DNA of 64,000 bases from the NCBI GenBank assembly GCA_963774265.1, contig CAVZDU010000003.1:64001-128000 (forward strand), in the 5' to 3' direction. The position numbers were made by a program, and so were the translations under genes. The notes beneath the pieces are model-generated. The model did not search any database. It was not told where the DNA came from and saw only the letters and a list, made by a program, of their open reading frames with translations. How positions within the stretch are numbered: position 1 is the stretch's first letter; each line of letters begins with the position of its first letter. Shown in pieces: positions 54,340 through 64,000 of this stretch. This DNA is from an uncultured Chloroflexia bacterium (GTDB lineage: Bacteria > Chloroflexota > Anaerolineae > CG2-30-64-16).

Positions 54340-54852
54340 ATGGTTGAAGTGACAATCGATAGCGTGCGGGTCAGCCTCATGTCGCAGCACCGCATCGTCG
54401 TGCTGCGTGAGTCCGAATCGACGCGCTTTTTGCCTATCTGGATCGGCCCCTTTGAGGCCGATGCCATCACCATCGAGTTGCAGAGCGTCGAGGTGGCCCG
54501 GCCGCTCACGCACGACCTGCTCAAGGCGACCATCGAACAACTCGGCGCGAAGATCGTCCAGGTGGCTATCACCGACTTGCGCAACGACACCTTCTACGCA
54601 GAGATTTCCCTGATGGTGAACGGCCGACGGATTGAAGTGGATTCCCGGCCCAGTGACGCCATCGCGCTCGCAGTTCGCGCGCGCGTGCCCGTGTACGTGG
54701 CAGACGACGTGATGGAGCAAGCTGCCATCAGGCCCGAGGACGACCTGGAAGGGAGCTCACTCCCGGCAGCCGAGGGAGAGCCAGCTGAGCCGACGTCGCC
54801 CGAAGCCTTCCGTGAGTTTCTCGAAGGGTTGGACTTGAGCGGCCTCGACTGA
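54340..54852 (+). CDS. Bifunctional nuclease family protein (DUF151)
   Basis: [26 protein letters not shown]. Confidence 0.92.
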   Translation: MVEVTIDSVRVSLMSQHRIVVLRESESTRFLPIWIGPFEADAITIELQSVEVARPLTHDLLKATIEQLGAKIVQVAITDLRNDTFYAEISLMVNGRRIEVDSRPSDAIALAVRARVPVYVADDVMEQAAIRPEDDLEGSSLPAAEGEPAEPTSPEAFREFLEGLDLSGLD

Positions 54853-54954
54853 GGCGATCTGCCGGCGCCACGGCGCCTTCGTTACTTATGCCCAATCATC
54901 GTCTCGGAGCCGGCTATCCAGCCGGCTTCTTAATCGTGAAACGAGTTTTCGTCC

Positions 54955-56295
54955 GTGGATAAGCTCGACAAAACCGTTCCTGCCAACCCTGAAGCCGAGG
55001 AGGCCGTCCTGGGCTCCCTCCTCATCGATCCGGATGCCGTGCTCAAGGTCGCATCCTTCCTCGAAGCAGAGGATTTCTACCGCGAGCACAACGGTTGGAT
55101 CTACCGCGCGATCCTGGAGCTGCACGAGCGCCGCGAGCCGGCGGATTTCGTCACGCTGTGCGATGAGCTGGAGCGGAACAACCTCCTGCAGGAGATCGGC
55201 GGCGCGGCCTATATCACCCCGCTCATCAACAACGTCCCCTCCGCGGTCTACGTCGAGCATTACGGCCACATCGTCGAGCGCACTGCCACCCTTCGGCGAC
55301 TGATCGACGCAGCCGGACAGATCGCGGCGCTGGCCTACGAGGAGGCGCAGGAGGTCGACGAGGTCGTCGACCGCGCGGAGCAAATCATCTTCAACGTCTC
55401 CGAGCGCCGTGTTCGACGTGATCTGGTCGCCGTGCGCCAGATCATGCACGACGTTGTCGACCGTGTCGACTACCTTCACCGCCACCAGGGCCAGATTCTT
55501 GGCGTCCCCAGCGGATTCACCCAGCTGGACCGTCTCCTGGGCGGATTTCAGAAGTCCGATCTGATCATCCTGGCTGCGCGTCCGGCCGTGGGCAAAACGA
55601 GCCTGGCGCTCAACTTTGCGCTCAATGCCGCGCGCAAATTCCGAAAGGTCGTCGCCTTCTTCAGCCTCGAAATGAGCTCCGAGCAACTCGTGCAGCGCCT
55701 GCTTTCCACCGAGACCGGCATCGACCAGCAGCGCCTCCGTAAGGGCGAGATCGAGGATCACGACTGGGATATGCTCATGGCTGCGGCCGGGGAACTCTCC
55801 AGCACCATGCTCTACATCGACGACACGCCCGCCATGTCGGCTCTCGAGCTGCGCACCAAGGCCCGGCGCCTTCAGGCCGAACACGGGCTTGACCTGATCG
55901 TCGTTGACTACCTTCAGCTCATGCGCGGCGACAACAAGAGTGAGAATCGGGTTCAGGAGATCAGCTACATCACCCGCTCGCTCAAGGGCCTGGCCCGCGA
56001 GCTGGAAGCGCCGCTCATCGCGCTCTCCCAGCTTTCGCGCGCCGTCGAATCACGCACGGACCACAAGCCGATGTTGTCCGACCTGCGCGAGTCCGGCGCG
56101 ATCGAGCAGGACGCGGACATCGTGATGTTCATCTATCGTGAGGACATGCACAAGGAGAACAGCGACAAGAAGAACATCGCGGATATCATCGTCGCCAAGC
56201 ACCGCAACGGCCCGACCGACACCATTCCGCTCTACTTCCGCAAGGAGCTGACCAAGTTCGAGAATCTGGAAATGGTTCGCGAGGCGCTGGAGTGA
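54955..56295 (+). CDS. dnaB: Replicative DNA helicase
   Basis: [46 protein letters not shown]; no intein. Confidence 0.97.
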   Translation: MDKLDKTVPANPEAEEAVLGSLLIDPDAVLKVASFLEAEDFYREHNGWIYRAILELHERREPADFVTLCDELERNNLLQEIGGAAYITPLINNVPSAVYVEHYGHIVERTATLRRLIDAAGQIAALAYEEAQEVDEVVDRAEQIIFNVSERRVRRDLVAVRQIMHDVVDRVDYLHRHQGQILGVPSGFTQLDRLLGGFQKSDLIILAARPAVGKTSLALNFALNAARKFRKVVAFFSLEMSSEQLVQRLLSTETGIDQQRLRKGEIEDHDWDMLMAAAGELSSTMLYIDDTPAMSALELRTKARRLQAEHGLDLIVVDYLQLMRGDNKSENRVQEISYITRSLKGLARELEAPLIALSQLSRAVESRTDHKPMLSDLRESGAIEQDADIVMFIYREDMHKENSDKKNIADIIVAKHRNGPTDTIPLYFRKELTKFENLEMVREALE

Positions 56296-56299
56296 CGTC

Positions 56300-57010
56300 A
56301 TGAGCGAGCACATGCAGGGCTTCCCCGGATTTCCGGCCGGCAAGCTGGCGACCACGCCGGTGCCCAATCTGTTCTTCAGCGAGCTGCTGCCGCTGATCGA
56401 TAACCTGGCCGAGCTGAAGGTCATCCTGCATCTCTTCTGGCTGATCGGCAAGAAGCGCGGCGCCTTGCGCTACGCCCGGCTGGATGAGCTGTTGGAGGAT
56501 CGCCGCCTGCTCGATGGCCTGGCCACAGCGAAGGTTGCCGGGGAGCCGATGCTCCGCGATGCGCTGGAGCGCGCGGTGGCGCGCGGCGCGCTCCTGCGCA
56601 CGACTGTCACCCGCGGCCGTGAGACCGAGGAATGGTACATGATCAACAGCGCCAACGGCCGCGAGGTGCTCGAGCACCTGGAGAGCGGCGAGCTGGACCT
56701 GCTCGGCGACGCCGGCGAGGACGTCCAGCTCCAGACGGAGCGTCCGCCGATCTTCGTGCTCTACGAGCAGAACATCGGCATGCTCACGCCCATGATCGCG
56801 GATGAGCTGCGCGACGCCGAGCGCCACTTCCCCGCCGACTGGATCGCGGACGCGTTCCGCGAGGCGGTCCTGCAGAACAAGCGCAGCTGGAAGTACGTCC
56901 TCGCCATCCTCGAACGCTGGCGCACCGAGGGACGCGGGGCGCGCGGCAGGAACGCGAGTTCGGGTGCGTACGACGTGCCCGAGGGCTACGAGGATTTGAT
57001 CAAGCACTGA
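56300..57010 (+). CDS. dnaD: DnaD-domain replication protein
   Basis: TPVPNLFF, LYEQNIGMLTP, WKYVLAILERW. Confidence 0.88.
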   Translation: MSEHMQGFPGFPAGKLATTPVPNLFFSELLPLIDNLAELKVILHLFWLIGKKRGALRYARLDELLEDRRLLDGLATAKVAGEPMLRDALERAVARGALLRTTVTRGRETEEWYMINSANGREVLEHLESGELDLLGDAGEDVQLQTERPPIFVLYEQNIGMLTPMIADELRDAERHFPADWIADAFREAVLQNKRSWKYVLAILERWRTEGRGARGRNASSGAYDVPEGYEDLIKH

Positions 57011-57020
57011 GGCGAGCGCT

Positions 57021-58490
57021 GTGAAACGAATAGGAGATTTATTGGGGGACGTTCAACCCCCAAAAGGCAGCCGCCCGGATGGCGGCAAGCCAGAGCGGCC
57101 CACACCTCCCGAGGACGACGTCTGCCCGATCTGCAAGGGCAAGGGCTTCCTGGTCTACGATGTGCCTCCTGGCCATCCCGATTTCGGCAAGCTCGTGGCG
57201 TGCCGCTGCACTGAGGCGCGCATCGTGCGCAACCGCAGCCGCGAGCTCCACGGGTTCAGCAACCTGGGCGCGCTGGGCCACATGACCTTCGACACATTTT
57301 TGCCCGACGGCGTCAGCCTGCCCGAGTCGATCCGCACCGTGCTGCATCGCGTGTACGAGATGTGCCTGGAGTACGCCAGGCATCCGCATGGCTGGCTGGT
57401 GCTCCTCGGCGGCTATGGCGCGGCAAGACCCACCTGGCCGCGGCCATCGCCAACTACAATATCGCGCTGGGCCGCTCTGCCATGTTCGTCGTGACCCCCG
57501 ACCTGCTCGACCACCTGCGCGCCGCCTTCGGGCCGACCAGCGAGAGCGGGGTCGACGAGCGTCTGGAGACGATCCGCGAGACGCCCCTGCTGATCCTGGA
57601 CGATCTCGGCGCACACCACACCACGCCCTGGGCGCAGGAAAAGCTGTTCCAGATCCTCAACCACCGCTACAACAGCCGCCTGCCCACCGTCATCACGACG
57701 AACCAGCGGCTGGAGGAGCTCGACCCGCGGATCGCCTCGCGGCTGGCCGACCTGGATCTCAGCCAGGTCTTCGAGATCCCTGCGCCTGATTATCGGAAGG
57801 CAGCAGTGGGGCAGGATTGCTGGACCGCGGTGCACGCAACTTGAGCTCCCTTGGGTTGCACACGGATCAGACCTTCGAGAACTTCTCCCCGCGCCGAACG
57901 AGGATATGGACGCTGCGCGGCGCGACAACCTGGCCCGCGCGATCAACGAGGCGCGCAGTTTCGCCGAGCAGCCGACCGGCTGGCTGGTGCTCAGCGGGGC
58001 CTATGGCTGCGGCAAGACCCACCTGGCGGCCGCGATCGCCAATTACCAGCTCACCGCCGGCCGGCCTACGCCGATGTTCGTGGTCGTGCCCGATCTGCTG
58101 GATCACCTGCGCGCCACCTTCAGCCCTACCAGCGGCACATCCCTGGACCGCGTCTTCGAGCAGGTCAAGTCCACCTCGCTGCTGATCCTCGACGATCTCG
58201 GCACGGAGAGCGCGACGCCCTGGGCGCGCGAGAAGCTGTTCCAGCTCCTCAACCATCGCTACGCGGCGAAGCTGCCGACCGTGATCACGACCACCGCACA
58301 GATCAACGAGATCGACGCACGGCTGCAGAGCCGGATGCTCGACGCTTCCCGCTGCACCTTCTTCGCCATTACCGCGCCCAGCTTCCGCGGCAGCGACTCG
58401 CAGCACCTTGGGACTGACGGCAAAGCGACCCCGCCCCGCCGCGGCCGCCCTGCGCGTCAGCCCATCATAAAGACCCACCCCCAAATTTGA
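57021..58490 (+). CDS. DnaC/IstB-like helicase loader with Zn finger and two tandem AAA+ domains (frameshifted)
   Basis: CPIC..CRC; [18 protein letters not shown] and EKLFQxLNHRY each occur twice. Confidence 0.85.
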
Positions 58491-58515
58491 CGTCTTCGCA
58501 GACTTTGGGTAAAAT
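58487..58515 (+). promoter_or_regulatory. sigma70-type groESL promoter
   Basis: TTGACG-N17-TAAAAT immediately upstream of CIRCE. Confidence 0.8.
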
Positions 58516-58524
58516 CAACCTTGC

Positions 58525-58551
58525 TTAGCACTCGCATACATAGAGTGCTAA
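58525..58551. promoter_or_regulatory. CIRCE element (HrcA operator)
   Basis: Exact consensus TTAGCACTC-N9-GAGTGCTAA upstream of groES. Confidence 0.97.
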
Positions 58552-58628
58552 GCAAGGCTGATTCCTTTGTGTACACTGCCCAGGCATCCTGGGCCCATCA
58601 CACCATTCACTAGGGAGGCTGTTGGACT

Positions 58629-58918
58629 ATGAATCTCAAGCCGCTCGCTGATCGTTTGGTCGTCGAACCGCTCGAGCAGGAAGAGGTCACCGCCGGTGGC
58701 ATCATTCTGCCCGAGACCGCCAAGGAAAAGCCCCAGCAGGGCAAGGTCCTCGCCGCTGGGCCCGGGCCGCACCGATGAGGAGGGCAAGCGCATCGCCATG
58801 GAAGTCAAGGTCGGCGACACGCGTTCTCTACGCCAAGTACTCCGGCACCGAGATCAAGATGGACGGCAAGAAGCTGCTGATCCTGCGCGAGTCCGACATT
58901 CTGGCCATCGTCGAATAG
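58629..58918 (+). CDS. groES: Co-chaperonin GroES (indels)
   Basis: Manual translation [44 protein letters not shown]. Confidence 0.95.
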
Positions 58919-58945
58919 AACAGATTGCAGCGAGATAGATCAACT

Positions 58946-60587
58946 ATGGCAGCCAAGCAGTTGCTTTTCTCCGAGGAAGCTCGCCGCCACCTGAAGGTCG
59001 GCGTGGACACCCTTGCCGAGGCCGTCAAGACCACCCTCGGCCCCAAGGGCCGCAACGTCGCCCTGGATAAGAAGTGGGGCGCCCCCACCATCACGCATGA
59101 CGGCGTGACCGTGGCCAAGGAAATCGAGCTGCAGGAGCCGTTCCAGAACATGGGCGCCCAGCTCCTGAAGGAAGCCGCGACCAAGACCAACGACATCGCC
59201 GGTGACGGCACCACCACCGCGACCGTCCTGGCCCAGGCCATCGTCAACGAAGGCCTGAAGAACGTGGCCGCCGGCGCCAACCCGATGCTGCTCAAGCGCG
59301 GCATCGAGAAGGGCGTGGCCGCCCTGTCGGCCAACATCCGGGCCCAGGCCATCACCATCACGACCAAGGAAGAAATCGCCGCCGTGGCCGCCATTTCGGC
59401 CCAGGACCAGGAAATCGGCAACCTGATCGCCGAGGTCATGGAGAAGGTCGGTAAAGACGGCGTCATCACGGTCGAAGAGGCCAAGGGCCTGCAGTTCGAG
59501 ACCGAGTACGTCGAGGGTATGCAGTTCGATCGTGGCTACCTCAGCCCGTACTTCATCACCAACCCCGAGACGATGGAAGCCAGCCTCGTCGACCCCGTAC
59601 ATCCTGATCACCGACAAGAAGATCTCGGCCGCCAGCCGACATCGTCCCGATTCTCGAGAAGCTGGTCCAGCTCGGCCACCGCGAAATCGTCATCATCGCC
59701 GAGGACGTGGACGGCGAGGCGTTGGCCACCCTGGTGCTGAACAAGCTGCGCGGCATGTTCAACTGCCTCGCCGATCAAGGCCCCTGGCTTCGGCGATCGC
59801 CGCAAGGCCATGCTGCAGGATATCGCCGTCCTGACCGGCGGCACCGTCATCACCGAGGAACTCGGCAAGCAAGCTCGAGACCGCGCTGATCAGCGACCTC
59901 GGCCAGGCCGACAAGGTCATCTCCGACAAGGACAACACCACCATCGTCGGCGGCAAGGGCGATCCTGAGGGCATCAAGGGCCGTATCGACCAGATCCGCG
60001 TCGAGATCGAAAACACCACCAGCGACTACGACAAGGAAAAGCTGCAGGAGCGCCTGGCCCGCCTGGCGGGCGGCGTGGCGATCATCCGCGTCGGCGCCGG
60101 CACCGAGATCGAGCTGAAGGAAAAGAAGCACCGCGTTGAGGACGCCTTGAGCGCGACCCGCGCGGCGGTTGAGGAAGGCATCGTGCCGGGCGGCGGCGTC
60201 GCGCTGCTGAACGCCATCGCGGCGCTGGACGAGGTCGAGAAGGGCGTTGAGGGCGACATCCTGACCGGTGTCAAGATTCTGCGCAAGGCGCTGCCCATGC
60301 CCATGGCCACCCTGGCCGAGAACGCCGGCTACGACGGCGCGGTCATCGTCGAGAACGTCGCCGCGACCAGAAGGAACAACAACAACCGCTTCGGCTTCGA
60401 CGTGATGGCCGAGGACTACGGCGACATGGTCGCCAAGCAGATCATCGACCCGGCCAAGGTTACCCGCGGCGGTCTGGAGAATGCGGCCTCCATCGCCGCC
60501 ATGATCCTGACCACCGAGGCCCTGATCACCGACATCCCGGAGAAGGAAAAGGCTGCGCCGCAGGGTCCCAGCCCCGACATGTACTAG
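58946..60587 (+). CDS. groEL: Chaperonin GroEL (several indels, about 59590-59880)
   Basis: [45 protein letters not shown]. Confidence 0.97.
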
Positions 60588-60595
60588 ACTGAAAA

Positions 60596-60683
60596 AGGTG
60601 CCCGGCACCTCGAAGGTGCCGGGCACCTAGGTACTCAAGTGCCGGGCACCTGGGGAACTTCACAAGTGCCGGGCACCTGGGGA
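60596..60683. repeat. Cluster of four 15-bp palindromic units AGGTGCCnGGCACCT (REP-like/terminator)
   Basis: Units at 60596, 60614, 60637 and 60664; first two form an inverted pair. Confidence 0.85.
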
Positions 60684-60687
60684 GCCC

Positions 60688-61329
60688 CTACACCACCACC
60701 ACCCGCAGCCCTTGCCCCTCGCACAGCGAGCGAAACTTCTCCACATCTGCGATCCCGCCCACGATATCCCCATAGTGCATGGGAACGAACACCTCCGCAC
60801 GGATCACCTTCGCGGCCTCGAACGCCTCTTCAGCCGTCATCACGTACGTGCCCGACACCGGCAGCAGCGCCACAGTGACGGTCAGGTCTGCCATCTCGGG
60901 GATGAAGTCCGTGTCACCCGCATGGTATAGCGTCTCCCCGCCCAGCGTGATGAGATAGCCGTTTGCCTGCATGCTCTTCGGATGGAACGGCTGGCCCGGG
61001 CTGCGGAACTTGTTCACGTTATACGCCGGAACCGCGGTCACCGTCACGTCTGCCACGGTCATTGACTCACCCGGCCGGAGCATTTTCGCCCCCTTCAGTT
61101 TCTTCGCCGCGCCAGGGTCTGCAATGACCACGGTCCCTTTCCCGCTGACCTTCTCCACATCCTCCGCCGAGCAATGGTCGAAGTGGTCGTGGGTCACCAG
61201 GATCAAATCTGCAATGGGACAGCCCGGGGGCAGCTTCCACGGGTCGATGTAGATGATCGGCCGCCCGTCCAACAGGAACGAGTCGTGCCCCAGCCGTTTC
61301 AGGTTACGCAGGATCGCAGAATTCGCCAT
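60688..61329 (-). CDS. MBL-fold metallo-hydrolase
   Basis: LGHDSF, THDHFDH, YHAGDT, PMHY. Confidence 0.92.
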   Translation of the reverse strand: MANSAILRNLKRLGHDSFLLDGRPIIYIDPWKLPPGCPIADLILVTHDHFDHCSAEDVEKVSGKGTVVIADPGAAKKLKGAKMLRPGESMTVADVTVTAVPAYNVNKFRSPGQPFHPKSMQANGYLITLGGETLYHAGDTDFIPEMADLTVTVALLPVSGTYVMTAEEAFEAAKVIRAEVFVPMHYGDIVGGIADVEKFRSLCEGQGLRVVVV

Positions 61330-61346
61330 CGAATGCCTCCCTCTCT

Positions 61347-64000
61347 TCAAACCGGCTTCCGCCTGATCACGATCAGCGTGAAGTCGTCGTACTGCGACTC
61401 CCCCGCCGCCCACGTTCGCACTGCCGCGTCGATCGCGCCGGCGATGGCCTCGGCCGGTTGGTCCTTATGCTGGAGCAGCAGCTCTGCCAGCCGTTCCTCG
61501 CCGAATGCATCGCCCGCCGGGTTCAGCGTATCGATTGCGCCGTCCGTATAGAATAGAACCACATCTCCGGGGTCCAGGTCAACTGTTTTTTGTTCGAAAT
61601 TGACGTCGTCGATGATTCCCAGCGCCAGGCCATCCGTCTTCAGCTCGGTGAGGTGCGCTCCCGCGGCGGGCGCGTGCAGCGCCAGGTTATGGCCTGCGCT
61701 ACTGTATGTCAGCCGATGCTCCACGATATCGAGCACACCGTAGTTGGCCGTGACAAACATGTCGGACGTGCTGTCTGAGAGGATCAGCTCGTTAGCGCGC
61801 TGCAGGGCCGTGGCCGGATCGCGGCCGCTGAACGCGACCACGCGTATGATGGTGCGCGCGAACATCATGTACAGTGCGGCCGGAATTCCCTTATCCGACA
61901 CATCTGCGATCACCAGCCCCAGACGGACCTGGTCAAGCTGCATGAAGTCGAAGAAATCGCCGCCCACCTCGCGCGCTGACCGCCAGCGATACGCCACCTC
62001 GTAACCCTCCAGCGTTGGGGCTTCCTGGGGCAGCAGCGTCTTTTGGATGTCGTGCGCCAGCTCCAGCTCGCGCCCCAGCCGCGCCCGTTCCGCCTCCTGG
62101 ATCTGCAATCTTGCGTTCTCGATCGCGATCGCGGCCTGGTTCGCGATGCCCACCAGGATGCGCACGCGGCGCGGGCTGAACACGTGCGCGCTATCGACGT
62201 CGTCGGCCAGCAGCGCGCCGATGGGCTCGTCGGCCACCAACAGCGGCACCACGAGGATCGTCCGGCTGCCGAACCGCTCGCGCCAGGCCTCGGGCACGCG
62301 AGGATTGTCCTGCGCATCGTCCACCACCAACGGCTGCCCGGTCCTGCACGCGTCATCGAGCAAGGGCAGTTCGCCCGGTTTGATGAGCGCGCCCTGGTAG
62401 GCCTCCGCCAGACCGGGTCGCTGCCCGTGGACGGTGCGGGTCCGGAGATTGCCTTCGCTATCGCTGAGCAGCGCCACACAGCGGTTCACACCTGTCAGCG
62501 CGGGCACGATTCGCGTCACCTGCTCCAGCGTCATATCCACCGGCTGCAGCCTGCGGATCGCCTCGGCCACCTGCAGCAACACCGTCGACGTCCAGGCCTC
62601 CTCTTCACGCATGGCAGTCAGCCGGCTATTGTCGACCGCAGCCGCGATCTGGTGTGCGATGCCCTTCAGCATGGCCAACCGCCGTTCGTCCAGGGTGGCT
62701 ACGCGCTCCCGGCTGAATCCGGCGCCCAGCACACCGAAAACTTCGCCCTGGTTGAGCATGGGCAGCAGTGCGACGAGATCGCCCGAGCACACCTCCCTGA
62801 GTGCCGCGGGCAAGCTGTCCGGCTGGGCCGCCGGCTCCAGCACCACCGCGCCCCGCGTCGCGCGCAGCTCATCGAGCGCCGGCCACTCGCCGGGCAAAAA
62901 GCGCAGGAGGGAGCGCAGGTCCGTCTCCCCGTCCTCGCCCTCCTCGGATTTTTGTGTACTCTGTGCTTTTTGCGGCTTGGTGGTTGATTCCCCCAGCCCA
63001 AACGACGCGCCGTATTGGAACGCCCCGGCCTCCTCGTGCCACAGCCAGATGGTGGTCGACTCGACGCCCGCCAACATCGCGGTCACGCGCACCGCGATGT
63101 CGAGCACGTCCTCCATGCTCCCGGCCTGGCTGGTTGCCTCGGCCACCTGCAACAGGACCGTGGTGACCCATGCCTCAACGCGCTGCGCCTCGAATGCACG
63201 TGCCGAGTTCACCGCCACCGCCACCTGGTCGGCCAGGGTGGCCAGGATGAACAGGTCGTCCGCGCCGAACGCGCCGGCCTCCGTGCTCTGCACGTCCAAT
63301 ACGCCCAACACTTCGCCCTCGACAAGCAGCGGCGTGGCGAGCTCTGCGCGCGTATCGGGCAATAGCCGGGGGTCATCGGGGATGTAGCGCGGCTCTTTGG
63401 CTACGTCGTTCGCCAGGAGCGGCTCGCCGTGCTGCGCGGTCCAGCCGATGATGCCTTCCCGGCCGATGTGCATGGTGCATCCCTCCCGCCGCCATTTGTC
63501 GTTCAGTCCGTGGCCGCTGGACGCCTGGAACACCGCGCGATCGCTGCCGTGCTCGACCAGGAAAATCTGCACGTGATAGTAGCCGAAGCGGGTGTGGATC
63601 AGCTCCACCACCTGGCGCAGGAGCCGGTCCAGATCGAGGATGCTGGTCAGCCGCCGGCCCACCTCTGAGACGGCCGTCAGCGCGTTCAGCCGTCGTTCCG
63701 AGCGTTCGTAAAGGCGTGCGTTGTTCAGCGCTGAGGCGGCCTGGTTTGCGAGGATGGTGAGCAGGCGGACGTCGCCTTCGTCGAACGCGTCGGGCCGCGA
63801 GCTTTGGATGGAGACGGCTCCAAGCGCGGTGTCGCCGGCCAGCAGCGGCAGGTAGATGCCTGAGCGGGGTGGGTTGTCGCTGAGGTAGACCGGACGGGCG
63901 GGCAGGTCCTCCATCTCGGTCTCGAAATCACCCACCAGGAGCGGCTGGTGTGCGTCTCGGAGCCAGCCGATGATGCCCTGGCCCCTCGGCAAGAAGAACG
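61347..64000 (-). CDS. Multi-GAF SpoIIE/PP2C phosphatase (RsbU-like; 5' end beyond window)
   Basis: Several GAF domains; VGGDFFDF, IADVSDKG, YTDG, DDFTL. Confidence 0.92.
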   Translation of the reverse strand, partial: FFLPRGQGIIGWLRDAHQPLLVGDFETEMEDLPARPVYLSDNPPRSGIYLPLLAGDTALGAVSIQSSRPDAFDEGDVRLLTILANQAASALNNARLYERSERRLNALTAVSEVGRRLTSILDLDRLLRQVVELIHTRFGYYHVQIFLVEHGSDRAVFQASSGHGLNDKWRREGCTMHIGREGIIGWTAQHGEPLLANDVAKEPRYIPDDPRLLPDTRAELATPLLVEGEVLGVLDVQSTEAGAFGADDLFILATLADQVAVAVNSARAFEAQRVEAWVTTVLLQVAEATSQAGSMEDVLDIAVRVTAMLAGVESTTIWLWHEEAGAFQYGASFGLGESTTKPQKAQSTQKSEEGEDGETDLRSLLRFLPGEWPALDELRATRGAVVLEPAAQPDSLPAALREVCSGDLVALLPMLNQGEVFGVLGAGFSRERVATLDERRLAMLKGIAHQIAAAVDNSRLTAMREEEAWTSTVLLQVAEAIRRLQPVDMTLEQVTRIVPALTGVNRCVALLSDSEGNLRTRTVHGQRPGLAEAYQGALIKPGELPLLDDACRTGQPLVVDDAQDNPRVPEAWRERFGSRTILVVPLLVADEPIGALLADDVDSAHVFSPRRVRILVGIANQAAIAIENARLQIQEAERARLGRELELAHDIQKTLLPQEAPTLEGYEVAYRWRSAREVGGDFFDFMQLDQVRLGLVIADVSDKGIPAALYMMFARTIIRVVAFSGRDPATALQRANELILSDSTSDMFVTANYGVLDIVEHRLTYSSAGHNLALHAPAAGAHLTELKTDGLALGIIDDVNFEQKTVDLDPGDVVLFYTDGAIDTLNPAGDAFGEERLAELLLQHKDQPAEAIAGAIDAAVRTWAAGESQYDDFTLIVIRRKPV

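Noticed and set aside
57021-58490. IS21 element (IstB)
   Set aside because: No IstA transposase or terminal repeats; context is dnaB-dnaD.
60596-60683. CRISPR array
   Set aside because: Units are 15-21 bp with 3-12 bp gaps; no spacers of proper length and no cas genes.

Overview
GC-rich bacterial DNA, most likely Chloroflexota (Anaerolineae-like). This is inferred from the dnaB-dnaD-dnaC operon, CIRCE-groESL, an LPxTG protein and the ACIII/caa3 cluster. Scattered single-base indels also break housekeeping genes (groES, groEL, rph, coxA), so most split ORFs are treated as long-read errors. Layout: (1) 1-19.6 kb, a minus-strand accessory/general-stress region with lipid-phosphate enzymes, RNase II-like, LEA-like 11-mer protein, 3x GlsB/YeaQ, 2x YggT, CsbD, CorA and rhomboid, plus four copies of a ~115-bp terminator+promoter-like element. 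(2) 19.7-31.3 kb, a two-component pair, a Tat-exported group 1 [NiFe]-hydrogenase and divergent hypABFCDE. (3) 31.4-45.7 kb, alternative complex III (split ActB, no ActF), Cu/FeS accessory genes, an A2-type caa3 oxidase and SURF1. (4) 45.8-64 kb, housekeeping genes. Top observation: the hydrogenase large subunit has an in-frame TGA exactly at the second Cys of the N-terminal Ni-binding motif (RICGV*TTVH), followed by a SECIS-like hairpin, while the C-terminal motif is all-Cys. This is a candidate selenocysteine at the bridging rather than the canonical terminal ligand. The same subunit has an unusual N-terminal KIYMPLV + Pro/Thr tether. The operon has no membrane anchor or cytochrome b and sits beside ACIII and an O2 reductase.
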